Position numbers and translations under genes: made by a program
Part shown: positions 12,175 through 24,660 of the stretch, in pieces
Layout of the letters: each line of letters starts with the position of its first letter
Position numbering within the stretch: position 1 is the stretch's first letter
Notes under the pieces: model-generated
The model's input: only the letters and a program-made list of their open reading frames with translations
Told to the model about the DNA's origin: nothing
The model's database searches: none
Assembly (NCBI RefSeq): GCF_028641065.1
Contig: NC_073400.1
Span: 19,282,001 to 19,346,000, forward strand
DNA length: 64,000 bases
Source: Leucoraja erinacea
Lineage: Eukaryota
Reading direction: 5' to 3'

Positions 12175-12960
12175 CTTGGACGTCCGTTGCTGCTCGGGGG
12201 CGAGGCGGTGCCCGCTGCGGGCTGTTGGTCGGGAGCCGTTCGTGGTGCGGGAGGTCCCGGGCAGGGTGTCCAGCTGGCCGGAGCGAAACGTCCCACTCGC
12301 CCCTCCCGCGCCGGGTGGCCTGGCATCCGGGTCCTGGGGCAGTCCCCGCAGCGAGGAGCTGCGGCGGAGAATGGGGGGCCGGTCCCGGCCCTCCAGCCGT
12401 CCCAGCGAGGGCGAGCGCCGCGGCTCCGTGCTGGGCAGCTTCTGCAGGCACTCCTGCACCTCCCGTGGGTCCCGCAGCTGAGAGCAGCGGCTCAGGGGGG
12501 CTCCCCGGGACCCCCGGACACGGCCTGGCTTCTGCTGGGCTGGAGGCGAGGAGGCGGGCGAGGGCGGGCTGGAGGAGGAGGATGAGGAGGAGGAGGAGGA
12601 GGAAGGTGGGGCAGGGGCAGTGGGAGGCTGAGAGAGCCTCAGCCCCAGCGAGTGGTCAGCACGCAGGGGGCCACGTCTGGTGGAGGGCTGGGCCGTGTGG
12701 GGCTGCCCCCGGGCTTTGGCCTCCAGCTTCCTGCCCCGCTCGTCCAGGGGCCCCGGTCCCGGTGGCAGAGGCCGAGGCTTGGCCGGGGTCATGACAGACA
12801 GCCGCCCGCCCGGCGAGGTGTGGCTGGTCCCCACCGAACGTGGCCCCACCCGCTCCGTACCCACCGAGATCAGCAGCGGCCGACGGCTGGGCTTGGGGGT
12901 CAGGGGAGCGGAGCCGAGGGGGGCAGGGTAAGGGGTGCGGAGGGAAGAGGGCTGAGGCAT
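12175..12960 (-). CDS. USP21: USP21 coding exon 1 (disordered N-terminus; exon begins at 12995)
   Basis: ATG at 12960; MPQ..., RPLPPGPGPLDERGRKLE, RGPLRADH and PPILRRSSSLR match the recalled USP21-specific N-terminus; 786 nt, donor gtgagt. Confidence 0.92.
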
Positions 12961-13689
12961 CTCTCATCACGGTGAGGCTGAAGGAAGCAACAGACCTGCG
13001 GAGGGAAGCAAAGGAGGTGATAAGTAACAGTGAGGGGGGGGGGGGGCAGGTCACAGAGCAACGGGGTGAGAGAGCCGGATTAAGGTCAGTGGAGATACAG
13101 TCAGTGACACTTGTGGGGAGGGGTTACCGTGGGACAGTATGAGGGGAAATGGAATAGCATTAACGGGATGCAGTCAGTGTCGCAAGGAACTGGGAGTGGG
13201 GCGTTACTGAGGGAAATTATGATGAGATTGGGATCACACCTGTGGAGATACAGTCAGTGTCACAGGCCAGAGGGGAAGAATTACTGAGGGAGTGTGTAAG
13301 GGAGCTGGATTAATATTAGTTGAGATAGTCAGTGACAGAAAAACTGGGGGAGAGTGAAGGCCGATGGCGGGGCTGCAAGTGGTCTCAGGGTGATGGCTGG
13401 TCAGCACGAACTTGATGGGCCAAAGGGCTGTATGCCGAAGGTCTAAAAAGGGATAATGAGACAGTTAGGGAACTGAATTAACACGAGGGACGAAACAATC
13501 AGCGACACGAGGTTCTTGGGTCGAGAGATTACTGACGGACATTGTGAGCAAAGTGCATTAACATCAGTAAGGATGCAGTCAGCGTCACAAGGCAAGGCAA
13601 GGATTACTGAGGGAGCTGGATTAACCGATAGAAATAGTGACACTGGGGAGAGAGTCAGTGACACACGGTTCTAGGGACATGAGATTATT

Positions 13690-14945
13690 GAGTCATAGAG
13701 CACGGAAACAGGCCCTTTGGCCCAACTGGCTCATGTCAACCAAGATGCCCCATATGTATTAGTCCTACCTGGCCACATTTGGCCCATATACATCTCTAAA
13801 TCTCTCCAATCCAAATGCCTTTTAAATGTTGTTATAGTACCTGCCTCCACTACATTCTCTGGCAGCTTGTTCCATGTGCTTACTTGTCTGTGTGTGAAAA
13901 AGTTGCCCCTCAGGTTGCTACTAAATCTTACCCTTCGCACCTTAAACCCATGTCCTGTGGTACTTGATCCACCAACTCTGGGGAATAGTCTGTGTATTCA
14001 CGCTATCTATTCCCATGATCGTATACACCTCTATAAGATCACCTCTCAGCCTCCTGCGCTTCAAGGAATAAAGTCCTAGCCTGTCCAGCCTCTCCTTGTA
14101 GCTTAGGCCCTCAAGTCCTGGCAACATTCTCGTAAATCTCTGCACTCTTTCCATCTTAACAACATCCTTCTTACAGCGGAGTGACCAAAAATGAACACAA
14201 TGCCAAATGTGGTCTCACCAACATCTTGTACAAATTTCACATAAGGAACTGCAGATGCTGGTTTACACCGAGGATATACACAAAATGCTGGAGTAACTCA
14301 GTGGGTCAAGCAGCATCTCTGGAGAATAGCAATAGGTCGAGACCCTTCTTCAGTTTCGACCCGAAACGTTACCTATTCATTTTCTCCAGAGATGCTACCT
14401 GACTCGCTGAGTTACTCCAGCATTCTGTGTCTATCCCGACTTCTATACAATACCTTGATTGATGAAGCCCAATGTACCAAAAGCTTTTTTGATCAACCTA
14501 TCTACCCGTGAGGCCACTTTCAGGGAACTGTGCACCTATACTCCTAGATCCCGCTACCCTACAGCACTCCCCTGGGGCTATTTACTGTGAAGATCCTGCC
14601 CTGGTTTGACCCTCCAAAATGCAATATCTTGCACTTAACCATTCCCAAGCGCACTTGCCCAACTGATCAAAATCCTGCTGTAATTTGTTAGTACTATCGT
14701 CACTATCTATGATACCATCCACTTTAGTTTCATCTGCAAGCTTACTAATCATGCCTCCTACATTCTCATCCAAATCAACAGCAACAGGCCCAGCACCGAA
14801 CCCTGAGGCACACCACAAGTGACAGTCTGTAAATCAACCTTCCACCATCATCCTTTGCTTCCTTCCATGAAGCCAATTCTCTATCCAGTCGGCTGGCTCT
14901 CCGTATCACATGCGATCCACCCTCCAGAGCAGCCTTCCTTGCGGA
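13690..14945 (-). mobile_element. CR1 LINE 3' portion interrupted by a short inverted-repeat element (about 14240-14435)
   Basis: ERVQRFTRMLPGLEGLSYKERLDRLGL, RGNFFTHR..WNKLP, ISKLADETK. Confidence 0.85.
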
Positions 14946-15571
14946 ACAGGGACAGTGTAAGGGAACTGGATTAATACAGTCAGTGACTCAGCGCACTAAG
15001 GGAGGTCTTACTGAGGGACAGTGTTAGGGGGCTGGATCAACGTCAGTGCAAATACAGTCAGTACAGGGCATTGGGGAGAGAGGTTACTGAGGGCCTGTGT
15101 GTGTGTGTGAGCTCGATTAACATCAGTGGAGATATAGTCAAATTCAAATATAGTTAAATTACTTACAGTATCAATGATTGTTTAGAGGGTGATGAGTGAA
15201 ATTCTTTTCTTTCCCATCAAAATGCTGATCAACTGCAGGAAAAAGGTAATGTTACGGATATGAAACGACTGCGTGTATTTGTTGGGGGGATGCGAGGTTT
15301 TTCACTTTAGTGGAGACGCAAGGCGTTGTGTAAACGGAGAGAGGATGCAGAACGCTGAGTGTGGAGAGATGTGGGATCCCCCCAGTACCCGCAACTCAGC
15401 AGATCAGCACGGGGTCACCCCCAGGGCAAGGGGGTGCGATGGCCTTTAATACAGAGGGAGGGGTTAAGAATGCAGGCGTGTCAGTACATGGGACCTCACC
15501 TGGAGTAGTCCCGTCAACCCCAGAATCCTACGGGCTAATGCAGTCACTGGAGAATAAGGTAGAAGCCCTTT

Positions 15572-15862
15572 GGGGCGGCACGGTGGCGCAGCGGTAGAGT
15601 TGCAACCTTGCACCGCCAGAGACCCGGGTACAATCCTGACTATGGATGCTGTCACTACGGAGTTTGTACTTTCTCCTTGTGACCTGCGTGGGTTTTCTCC
15701 GAGAGCTCCGGTTTCCTCCCAAAGACCTAGAGGTTTGTAGGCTGATTGGCAATAAAATTGTAAAATGTCCCTAGTGTGTGCAGGATAGTGCTAGTGTACT
15801 GGTTGGTGTGCACTCGGTGACCGAAGGGTCTGTTTCCGCGCTGTATCTCTAAACTAAACCAA
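15572..15862 (+). mobile_element. tRNA-derived SINE (V-SINE/HE1-like)
   Basis: GGCGGCACGGTGGCGCAGCGG A-box head, V-domain-like core, CR1-like tail; related copies at about 27445-27660 and 39178-39925. Confidence 0.8.
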
Positions 15863-16479
15863 ACCTAGAAGCAAGCCTGCTGTATCAGAGGGACATAAGG
15901 AACTGATAGAGACTCATAGAGACATGGCTCACGTCCAACACTCCTGATACGGCGCTCCAACCCGCATGGAGTGAAGGTTGGCATCTGCTTCACAATACAC
16001 TCATTGTGATGCTCAGATGACAGTCTTGTTCCATTCCTGTTCCCCTGACCTGGAACATCTGAAGGCAAGTGCGGACCAAGCGACTGAAGGAGTTTGCCGC
16101 ATCTACTGAATGCAGTCTACATCCTGCCTCAGGCAGACGTCAAGCCCACACTTGGGGAACAGAGTGCTGCGATCAACAAGCACAAAACTGTGTGGACCGA
16201 CGCCTTCCTCATCATCGCTGGGGACTTCCAACCAAGCTGAATGGAAGATGTCTCTGCCTAACTAACATCAACGCAACACTAGAGGACCCAACACACACAA
16301 CCGATGCTAAACCATCACCAGGAACGCCGACCACTCCATTCCTCACCTGCATTTGGAACATCGCACCACCCGGCTGTGCTTTTTCTTCCCGCCTAAAGAC
16401 AGGGAATGAAGAGCAAGAGGACCTTAAAGAGCTGGACAAAGGAGACAGAGGAACGCTTTTAGGACTGCTTCAAGTCAGT

Positions 16480-18050
16480 GGATTGGGTCATGTTCAAGGA
16501 TTCATCAGTGGACCTGAATATGCTACACTTGTCACTGACTTCATAAAGCAAAGTGTGGACAAGTTTGTACCTACAGAAGCCCTGGATGAAGCAGGAAACT
16601 CATAATGTGTTGAGGCATAGATCTGCGGCGTTTAAAACAGGTGATCCAGTATCATACAAGAGGTTTAGGTGTGACTTCCTGAAGACCACCAAGTGCGGCA
16701 ATTCCAAGCTAAGTTGCAGTCACAGGTGGATGCTCGACAGCTAAGGCAGGGCTTGCATGCCATTAGCATCTCTGAGGAAGGATGTGCTGGCGTTAGAGAG
16801 GGTCCAGTGGAGGTTTACAAGAATGATACCGGGGTTGATTGGGTTAACATAGGATGAGTTTGAGGTCACTGGGCCTGTACTTGCTGGTTTAGATGGGGGA
16901 CCTCATTGAAACTTACTGAATAGTGAAAGGCCTGGATAGAGAGGATGTGGAGAGGATGTTTCAACCAGTGGGAGAGTGTAGGACCAGAGGTCACAGCCTC
17001 AGAATAAAAAGATGTACCTTTAGAAAGGAGATGAGGAGGAATTTCTTTGTTCAGTGGGCGGTGAATCTGTGGAATTCATTGCCACAGGCGGCTGTGGAGG
17101 CCAAGACATTGGGTATTTTTACCACAGAGATCGACAGATTCTTGAATGGTAAGGGTGTCAATGGTATGGGAAGAAGGCAGGAGAATGGGGTTGAGAGGGA
17201 AAGATAGATCAGCCTTGACTGAATGGCTGAGTAGACTCGATGGGTCGAATGGCCTAATTCTGCTCGTGACATGAACTTATCACCTCCTCCAAGGCGAAAC
17301 CGAGTAGCATAAGTGGCAACAGCACATCATTTCCATCTGCGCTCAATGGCTTCCATGCACGCTTTGAAAGGGAGAACACTGACACACTTACAGTTGCTTC
17401 TCCAGCCCTGACTGCCCTGTGGTCAAAGCATCTTTCGAGAGAGTCTATCCAGAAGAAGTGTGCAGCCAGGGGGAGTACCTGGCCGAGTGCTGACAGCCTA
17501 TGTGCACCAAACGGTTGGAGTATTCAAGCTCACCTTCAACCTAGCGCTTCTGCACTCTGAGCTTCCACCCACTTCAAGGGCAACTACATATGGTGCCCAA
17601 CAAGAGCTCAGTGACCTGCCTCAATGCTACCTGGCGAGTAGCACTTACATCCACTGTGATCAGGTGCTTTGAGAGGTTGATTATGGCACGTCAACTTCAG
17701 CTTCAAAAATGAACTAGATCCTCTTCAATGTACTTATCGCCACGTTAACAACTTTCGCATTGAGTCTCCACTCTTCTCAGGACATACATCAGGCTGTTGT
17801 TCATCGACTATCGCTCGGCATCAAGCATCCCCTCTATCGTCACCAAGCTCCAAGACCTGGACCTCTGTACCACCCTTTGTAACTGGATCCTCTGCTTTCT
17901 CATCAGCAGATCTCAATGTGGAACAGTAATAACATCTCCTCCCCACTGACCATCAACACAGGTGCCCCTCAAGCTGCGTGCTTAGCCCTCTGCGCTACTT
18001 TCTTGACTCCCATGTTGGTGTGGCTAAACAGAGCTCCAATGCCATCTGTT
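16480..18050 (+). mobile_element. Degraded Rex1/Babar-like LINE with a nested CR1 fragment (about 16775-17280)
   Basis: KPWM, GVPGRVL, LDPLQ, LLFIDY, LCNWIL, NTGAPQ remnants; nested KGLDR..MF...TRGHSLRI..NLWNSLP. Confidence 0.7.
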
Positions 18051-18730
18051 GATGAGCTTGTGATATTAATTTAAAATCTGAGGAATAGGTCCGTGTCACT
18101 GAAGCTTTTATTTTATGCAGAGAAGTTATGATGTGAAGAAGGAAAGAACTGCAGATGCTGGTTTAAAACCAAGGTAGACACAAAATGCTGGATTAACTCA
18201 GCGGGACAGGCAGCATCTCCGGAGGGAAGGAATGGGTGACGTTTCAGTTATGATGTGATGATGTCTAAAGGGAGAAACGGGATCAATGGGGATAGAACAT
18301 ATTCCGGGAACAAATCCAGAAATGGGTCCAGAGGTTTTCTATGCTGTGGCAAAGGGATGATTGACAGACTATGTGGGTTTACTGATTGCCATAATTTTGC
18401 TTACTGTTTGGTCATTGGCTGATTCATGGGTTTATCGCATGTTTATTGACCAGCTTGGGTTTATTCATTAATTATTGGTCGGCATTGGGTTTATTGATTG
18501 GTTACTGGCTGAATGTTTACTTTCATTGGGTTTACTCACTGAACGTTAACCGACTGTGGGTTTTGTCATTGGCTGTTGTAGTGAGCCCCTCTGACCTCGC
18601 GGTAACCCCTCCCCGGGATTCAGTCCCAACTGACCGTCCTGTCCACCTGCTCCAGCCTCTCCACTCATGATCCAACTGGGAGCCATCCCGCCCCTCGCGC
18701 TCACCCCCCCAACTACAGCAAACCATTTAC

Positions 18731-18830
18731 CTCCGCGAGAAACCCATTGCCACCGCCGCCGCCGCCATCTTAGATTTTCCCCACCGGCGTTGGCGTCAGC
18801 GACGCAGCACGCGCGGGGTGACGTCACCGC
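18731..18830 (-). other. USP21: Putative first (5' UTR) exon of USP21; 5' end approximate
   Basis: Inside CpG island; AAGATGGCGGC (YY1-type) motif on minus strand followed by GAG|gtaaat donor at 18730. Confidence 0.5.
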
Positions 18831-19186
18831 GCCTATTGTTTGGGAGACGCTGTCGACGAGGAGGAGGCGACGGTAGGCGTTAACTCGAGCGAGCGCTTGA
18901 TCGCCGTCTTAAAACGAAAGGCGCACATTCAACACGTCGAATTAGGTTGCAGTTTCCATTTGCCGTTACAAATACTAATGAAGGGATCAACAATCGTATT
19001 ATTATTCCCCATTGATTGGTGCAAAGTTGGAGTCGGCGGAGTTAGAGTGGCCAGGCGGTGATGTCACTGGGAGTGGGTGGGGTCAGGCTGAGTGACAGTT
19101 CAGACCGCTGAGGGCGTGGTCAGTGACGTCAGGAAGGCGGAGTCAGAGTGATGGGCGGTGTGTGGCAGCATGAGGCTGGTTCAGAG

Positions 19187-19214
19187 CAAAGATCCTATAG
19201 CTATAGGATCTTTG
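19187..19214. mobile_element. 28-bp perfect palindrome with 8-bp TSD-like flanks (minimal hAT-like remnant)
   Basis: CAAAGATCCTATAG|CTATAGGATCTTTG flanked by GTTCAGAG and GTTCGGAG. Confidence 0.7.
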
Positions 19215-19329
19215 GTTCGGAGTGATCGTCGGCACGTGATATCCAGCGGGCAGGGCCAGTGACGGGGCGGGACCAGGCTGACGCACGCTCAAGCCAGACG
19301 TCGGTGGAGGTCGCGCCAGTGACGGTCAC

Positions 19330-19425
19330 GTGGGGACGCTCCAACGTAGCGTGCCCACCCGGGCCTGTGCGCCGTCGCTGTCGTCGAGGACCGGCGCCGG
19401 GCCGCGGGCCTTCGAGCGGCGCCGG
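19330..19425 (+). other. B4GALT3: Putative non-coding first exon of B4GALT3; 5' end approximate
   Basis: CGG|gtgagt donor at 19426 at the right edge of the CpG island. Confidence 0.5.
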
Positions 19426-19654
19426 GTGAGTATCGGGCTCGAGCCTTCGCGACGTTACCGCGAGGACCCGCCTGGTCACCAGGAACCCGCGCTGCAGGCC
19501 GTTAAGGTCAACTCTTTCCTCACTCTCGCTAACCCCGCCTCTCCCTGACATCACATCAAGCGGCCAGTCAACAGCCCCGCCCCTTTGCACGCAGCTGTCA
19601 ATCAACCATGCCCCGCCCCCTCTGACCGCAGACACTTGTGCGTTCACACTATCG

Positions 19655-20280
19655 ATAGAAACATAGAAAATAGGTGCAGGAGTAGGCCATTCGGCCCTTC
19701 GAGCCTGCTCCGCCATTCAATATGATCATGGCTGATCATCCAACTCCGTATCCCATCCCTGCCTTCTCTCCATACCCCCTGATCAGTTTAGCCACAAGGG
19801 CCACATCTAACTCCCTCTTAAATATAGCCAATGAACTGGTAGTTACCTTCTGTGGCAGAGAATTCCACAGATTCACCACTCTCTGTGTGAAAAATGTTTT
19901 TCCTCATCTCGGTCCTAAAAGACTTCCCCCTTATCCTTAAACTGTGACCCCTTGTTCTGGACAATCTTCTTGCATCTAGCCTGTCCAACCCCCTTAAGAA
20001 TTTTGTAAGTTTCCATAAGATCCCCCCTCAATCTTCTAAATTCCAGCGAGTACAAGCTGAGTCTATCCAGTCTTATAAGATCACCCTCTGCTTCCTGTAC
20101 TCCAAGAAATAACATTCTAACCTGCCCAATCTCTCCCTAAGGCTCAGGCACTTGAATCCTGGCAACATCCTTATAAATCTTCTCTACACTCTTTCCAGTT
20201 TAATGACATTCTTTTGGAGTGACCAATACGCCAATTGCAGCGTCACTAACGGCTTGTACTTCTGTAACATAACCTCCCAA
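19655..20280 (-). mobile_element. CR1 LINE 3' fragments
   Basis: (atagaaac)n tail; LYSLEFRRLRGDLMETYKILKG. Confidence 0.85.
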
Positions 20281-20899
20281 TATCTACAGCTTTGCCCTCG
20301 TCAACCTTTTTGGTCATATCATCAAAAAGCTCGACCACACTGACTATCCCTAGACCAGTCTGAAGAAGGGTCTCGACCCGAAACATCACCTATTCGTTCT
20401 CTCCAAAGATGCTGCCAGTCCCGCTGAGTTACTCCAGCTTTTTTTGTCTATCTTCTGACTATTCCTAATCAGCCGTGTCCATCTAAAAATGCATATATAT
20501 CTTATCCCTCAGAATACTCTCCAACCACAGATGTTTGGCGTACAGTCCTTTAATTCCCAGCTTTTCCCTTCTGCCCTTCTTAAATAGAGGCACAATATTA
20601 GAGGCTACTCTCCTGTATTCTGGCACCTCACCAATATTTAATCGTAAATCTCATCCAGGGCACCTGCAATTTCCTCTCAAGCTTCCCACAATGACCTCCG
20701 ATATATATGATCAAGCCCTGGAAATTTGTCCACCTTTAAACACGTCAGGACCTTCAGCTCCATGTGTCAGGCCCAGGACCAGACCTGGGATGGGAGCCCA
20801 GGTGGGTCAGAGTGCAAAAAGACTGCATGTTCCATGCTCCTGAAACTCCTTCCCGTCACCTTATGTGTTTCCATTGAGATCTCCCTTTTTGGACTGCAC

Positions 20900-21420
20900 C
20901 GCAGCTTTCACCCCTTCTCCCCCTGGATGGGGCAAGAACAGACTCTCCCAGGTCCTCATCTTCCATCCACCAGCCTCCGCATTCAACGGATCGTTCTTCA
21001 CAATTTCCGTTCTAACGAAATTCCACCTCCAGACACATCTTTCCCTCCTCTTCCATCCTTACCCAGGGACTTCTGAGATGCCCTGTTCCCCACCTCCATC
21101 TCCACCCACCACTACCTGCGGTTCTTCCCCGTCAACCACAGGAGGTGCAACACCTGACCTTTTTCCTCTTCTGCCCAGGGACCACAGTCCTGTAGGTGAA
21201 GCAGTGAGTCACTTGCACATCTTCCAATCCAGAGGGCTGTGTTGGCTATCCCAACTGGGGGTCTCCTCTACACCCGGGGACACTGGACACAGGTTAGGGG
21301 TGACTGCTCTGCAGACCGACTGTGCTCAGTCCACAGGGGAGACCCTGAGCTTCCAGTTGCTGACATGTTGATTCCCCACCTCACTCCCACTCTGTCTGTG
21401 ATCTGTTACAACCAGGCCCA
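20900..21420 (+). mobile_element. Degraded Penelope-like element fragment
   Basis: Resembles the GIY-YIG-proximal region of fish Penelope elements; similar remnant at about 45830-45960. Confidence 0.45.
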
Positions 21421-21699
21421 AGGTCCCCCAAGATGGACACAAAATGCTTGAGTAACTCAGCAGGTCAGGCAGCATCTTTGGAGAAAAGGAATAGGTGACA
21501 TTTCGAGTCAAGGCCTTTCTTCAGACGCCAGCCCCACCTCATCTTCAGTTGGGACAGATTGTATCCAGCAGGACTCTGGCACGATTCCTGTAACTGTAGA
21601 TAACGTTCTGTCTTCCTGACTAAACTGGATTCGCTTCCAGCTGCCAGCCTTTTCCTTTCCCTCTCTGTCGTGCTGGGTTTGCGCTGGGAGCCAGAGCCA

Positions 21700-21916
21700 C
21701 AGTAGCTCCCATTACAGAGTGCGGTTCCCATTATAGAGCGCAGCTCCCATTACACAGTGTAGCTCCCATTACAGAGTGCAGCTCCCATTACAGAGCGCAG
21801 CTCCCATTACAGAGCGCAGCTCCCTTTACAGAGTACAGCTCCCATTACAGAGCACAGCTCCCATTACAGAATGCAGCTCCAATTACACAGTACAGCTCCC
21901 ATTCCAGAGTGCAGCT
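21700..21916. repeat. 19-bp minisatellite (cagctcccattacagagtg), about 11 copies
   Basis: Direct inspection. Confidence 0.9.
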
Positions 21917-22129
21917 CTTGGCCCGGTTGGGAGACTGCCTAGCTAGCCCTTGTCCCACCGTACCAGGTGTTGGGGAGGCTCAAATTTGTAGAGTAGTTCC
22001 GGCTGAGGTAGACTCCGCTCAGCCGGAAGTACTTGTTGGCACCATGCCCAGGAATCCTTCTCGGGAGCCGGTCCCACACAACCTGAGCCGCCTTTCCTCG
22101 ACATCCTTCATCTCCCTCTGAGATGCTGG

Positions 22130-22680
22130 AACGACTCACCCCAGTTACAGTTCTGACATTAACGACACTCCCTGGTTACAAGGTTCTGGGGTTAACAACT
22201 CTCCCTGTTACAGTCTTGGGGTTAACAACCCTCCCCATTACAGTCCAGAGGTTAACGACTCTCCTCGTTACAGTCCTGAGGTTTACAATTCTCCCCATTA
22301 CAGTCGTAGGGTTAATGACTTCCCATTGCAGGGTTCTACTAACGACTGCCCCTGTTACAGTCCTGAGATTAATAACTTTCTCCGTTACAGTCCTTGGGTT
22401 AACAACTCTGCCTGTGACAGTCCTGAGGTTAATAAATCTCCCCATTACATTTCTTGGATTAGCAACTCTCCCTGTTACAGTCCTGAGGTTAACAAATCTC
22501 CCCATTACAATCCTGAGGTTAACAACTCTCCTCATTATAGTCCTTGGGTTAACAACTCTGCCCATTACAGTCCTGAGATTAACAACTCTCCTTGTTACAG
22601 TCCTGGGATTAAGGACTCTCCCTGTTACAGAACTGGGGTTAACAACAGCCCGTTGCAGTCCTGAGGTTAATGACTCTCCT
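22130..22680. repeat. 30-bp minisatellite (ttacagtcctgaggttaacaactctccctg), about 18 copies
   Basis: Direct inspection; gives the spurious 10-aa-periodic ORFs on both strands. Confidence 0.92.
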
Positions 22681-22716
22681 TCCCCCCTCATTCCAGTGTC
22701 CGGAGGCTGATGGTTA

Positions 22717-23005
22717 ATGCTCCCCACCCCCGGGACGATGCGGTGTCTCTCTCTGCCCTCTGGCTGGGGCTTTCCTCTGGACCGACAGTGCACCTTCGGC
22801 CTGCTCCTGGCCTCGCAGCTCCTCTTCCTGCTCTACTACACATTTGGAGGGATCCGTAGCATGGCCCTCCAGCTGTGGCACGGGCCGCAGCCCGCCTGGG
22901 ACTACTCCAAGACGCAGGACGTCTACACCAACCTCAGCCTGATCCAGCTACTCGTCCCGGGCACCCATCACCTCGCCTACTGTCCCCAGAAACCCCCGTA
23001 CCTTG
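22717..23005 (+). CDS. B4GALT3: B4GALT3 coding exon 1 (type II TM anchor and stem)
   Basis: LDRQCTFGLLLASQLLFLLYYTFGG...DYSKTQDVYTNLS...YCP resembles the B4GALT3 N-terminus; acceptor at 22696, donor gtaagt; start could also be the second ATG at 22738. Confidence 0.9.
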
Positions 23006-23419
23006 GTAAGTAGCTGCAACCCAGCCAGAGTGGTGGGAGGTGGTTGAGGATTGGGGGGTGGAGGTGATGTAGGCAGGTGAATGGAAGACAGAGGGGGGCG
23101 GGAACGGGGAAGCTGCAGTCTGACAGGGTGCACTGGAAGGAGTGAGAACTGTGGCAGAGGAAGGAAGAGGAAGAAGAAAATGAGAGCAGCAGTAAGATTG
23201 CAGGCACCACCACTGCCTCTGTTTTATTTATATACAACACTTTGACCTCAGTATTCGCGTCCCCCCTTGCACCGCTCACAATTGGCCCTGACCTTACTCT
23301 CTTCTAGAACTTTCCTTCCCATTAATTCGAAAATCTTTTGTAACTATTCACTATTCCTGTATTCACTTCCCCTTCTTCTCCATCTATACTCACAATTTGT
23401 CAATCCCTCACCCCACTAT

Positions 23420-23960
23420 TTAGTTTAAACCCACACGTGTAGCCCTAGCAAACCTGCCTGCCAGAATGTCGGTCCCCCTCCAGTTAAGGTGTAACCCGTC
23501 CCTTTTGTACAGGTCATCCCTACCCCAGAAAAGATCCCAGTGGTCTATAAATCTAAATCCTTGCTCCCTGCACCAGCCCCTCAGCCACACATTCAGATCC
23601 CCTATCCCCCTGTTCCCGTCCTCACTAGCACGAGGTACTGGAAGCAATCCAGAGATAACCACCCGAGAAGTCCTGCCTTTCAGTCTTCTTCCCAACTCTC
23701 TGAACTCATGTTGGAGAACCTCCTTCCTCTTCTTCCCAATGTTGTTTGTGTCTACGAGCACAACTACTGCTGGCTGTTCACCTTCTCTCTCGAGGATGTT
23801 CTGAATTCGGCTCGTGACATCCTGAACCCTGGCACCAGGGAAGCAACAGACCATCCTCGCGTCTCGTCTGCCGCCACAAAGTTTCCTGTCTGCTCCTCAG
23901 ACAATGGAGTCACCCACCACTATGGTTCTGCCCAACGTTGGTCTCTCCGGTCGAGTCCCA
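23420..23960 (-). mobile_element. CR1 LINE ORF1 fragment (SGNH esterase domain)
   Basis: VCCFPGARVQDV, VVISGLLPVP, DHWDLFW, YKRDGLHLN; homologous pieces at 52905-53100 and 53570-53815. Confidence 0.88.
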
Positions 23961-24004
23961 TCTCTAGGTTTCAATTCTAGGTTTCTTCAGTTTCAATTTA
24001 TGTG

Positions 24005-24195
24005 TAGGAAGGAACTGCAGATGCTGGTTTAAACCGAAGATAGACTCAAAGTTCTGGAATAACTCAGCGGGACAGGCAACATCTCTGGATAGAAGGAATG
24101 GGTTACGTTTCGGGTCCTTCTTCGGACTCCTTTCTCTCCAGAGATGCTGCCTGTCCTGCTGAGTTACTACAGCATTTTGTGTCTATCTTCTGTTT
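24005..24195. mobile_element. Short inverted-repeat non-autonomous element (aaggaactgcagatgctgg family), representative copy
   Basis: Same self-complementary unit recurs at about 14240, 18140, 20360, 21435, 33200-33620, 34050-34375, 43575, 46575 and 62495. Confidence 0.75.
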
Positions 24196-24199
24196 CAGT

Positions 24200-24660
24200 T
24201 CAGGTTTGTTTATTGTCACGTGTATAAGGTACAATGAAAAGCTTTTGTTGCGTGCTAACCAGTCAGCGGAAAGACTATACATGATTACAATCAAGCAATT
24301 TACAGTGTACAGATACATGATAAGAGCAACGTTCAGTGTAAGGTAAAGCCAGCAAAGTCCGATCAAGGATAGTGTGAGGGTCACTAAAGTGGTAGATCAT
24401 AGTTCTGGTTGTGGTAGGATGGTTCAGTTGCCTGATAACAGCTGGGAAGAAACTGACCCTGAATCTGGAGGTGTGCGTTTACACACCTGTACTTGTTGCC
24501 TGATGGGCGAGGGGAGAAGAGGGAGTGGCCAGGGTGAGACTCGTCCTTGATTGCGCTGCTGGCCTTGCCGAGGCAGCGTGAGGTATAAATGGAGTCAATG
24601 GCAGGTAGGTTGGTTTGTGCGATGGTCTGGGCTGCGTCCACAATTCGTTGCAATTTCTTA
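24200..24660 (-). mobile_element. Rex1/Babar-like LINE 3' end
   Basis: LQRIVDAAQTI..LPAIDSIYTSRCLGKA..IKDESHPGHSLF; related copies at about 43790-44000 and 59870-60110. Confidence 0.75.

Larger units (their letters stand above)
18550..19630. promoter_or_regulatory. CpG island, probable bidirectional promoter of USP21 (-) and B4GALT3 (+)
   Basis: CpG-dense; CRE TGACGTCA at 18819-18826 and 19124-19131, GTCACGTG E-box at 19325-19332, GC boxes, ATTGG box; outward-facing donors at 18730 (-) and 19426 (+). Confidence 0.75.

Noticed and set aside
932-12960. Assignment as USP2
   Set aside because: The Cys box is shared, but the N-terminal motifs and linkage to PPOX/B4GALT3 indicate USP21.
15572-15650. 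tRNA gene
   Set aside because: It is the tRNA-derived head of a SINE, continuing into SINE core and tail.
22123-22793. LRR- or antifreeze-like 10-aa periodic ORFs on both strands
   Set aside because: Product of a 30-bp minisatellite; substitutions show no obvious codon-position bias and no splice support.
23420-23854. Open SGNH esterase-like frame as a domesticated gene
   Set aside because: Ordinary CR1 ORF1 fragment with homologous copies elsewhere in the window and no exon structure.
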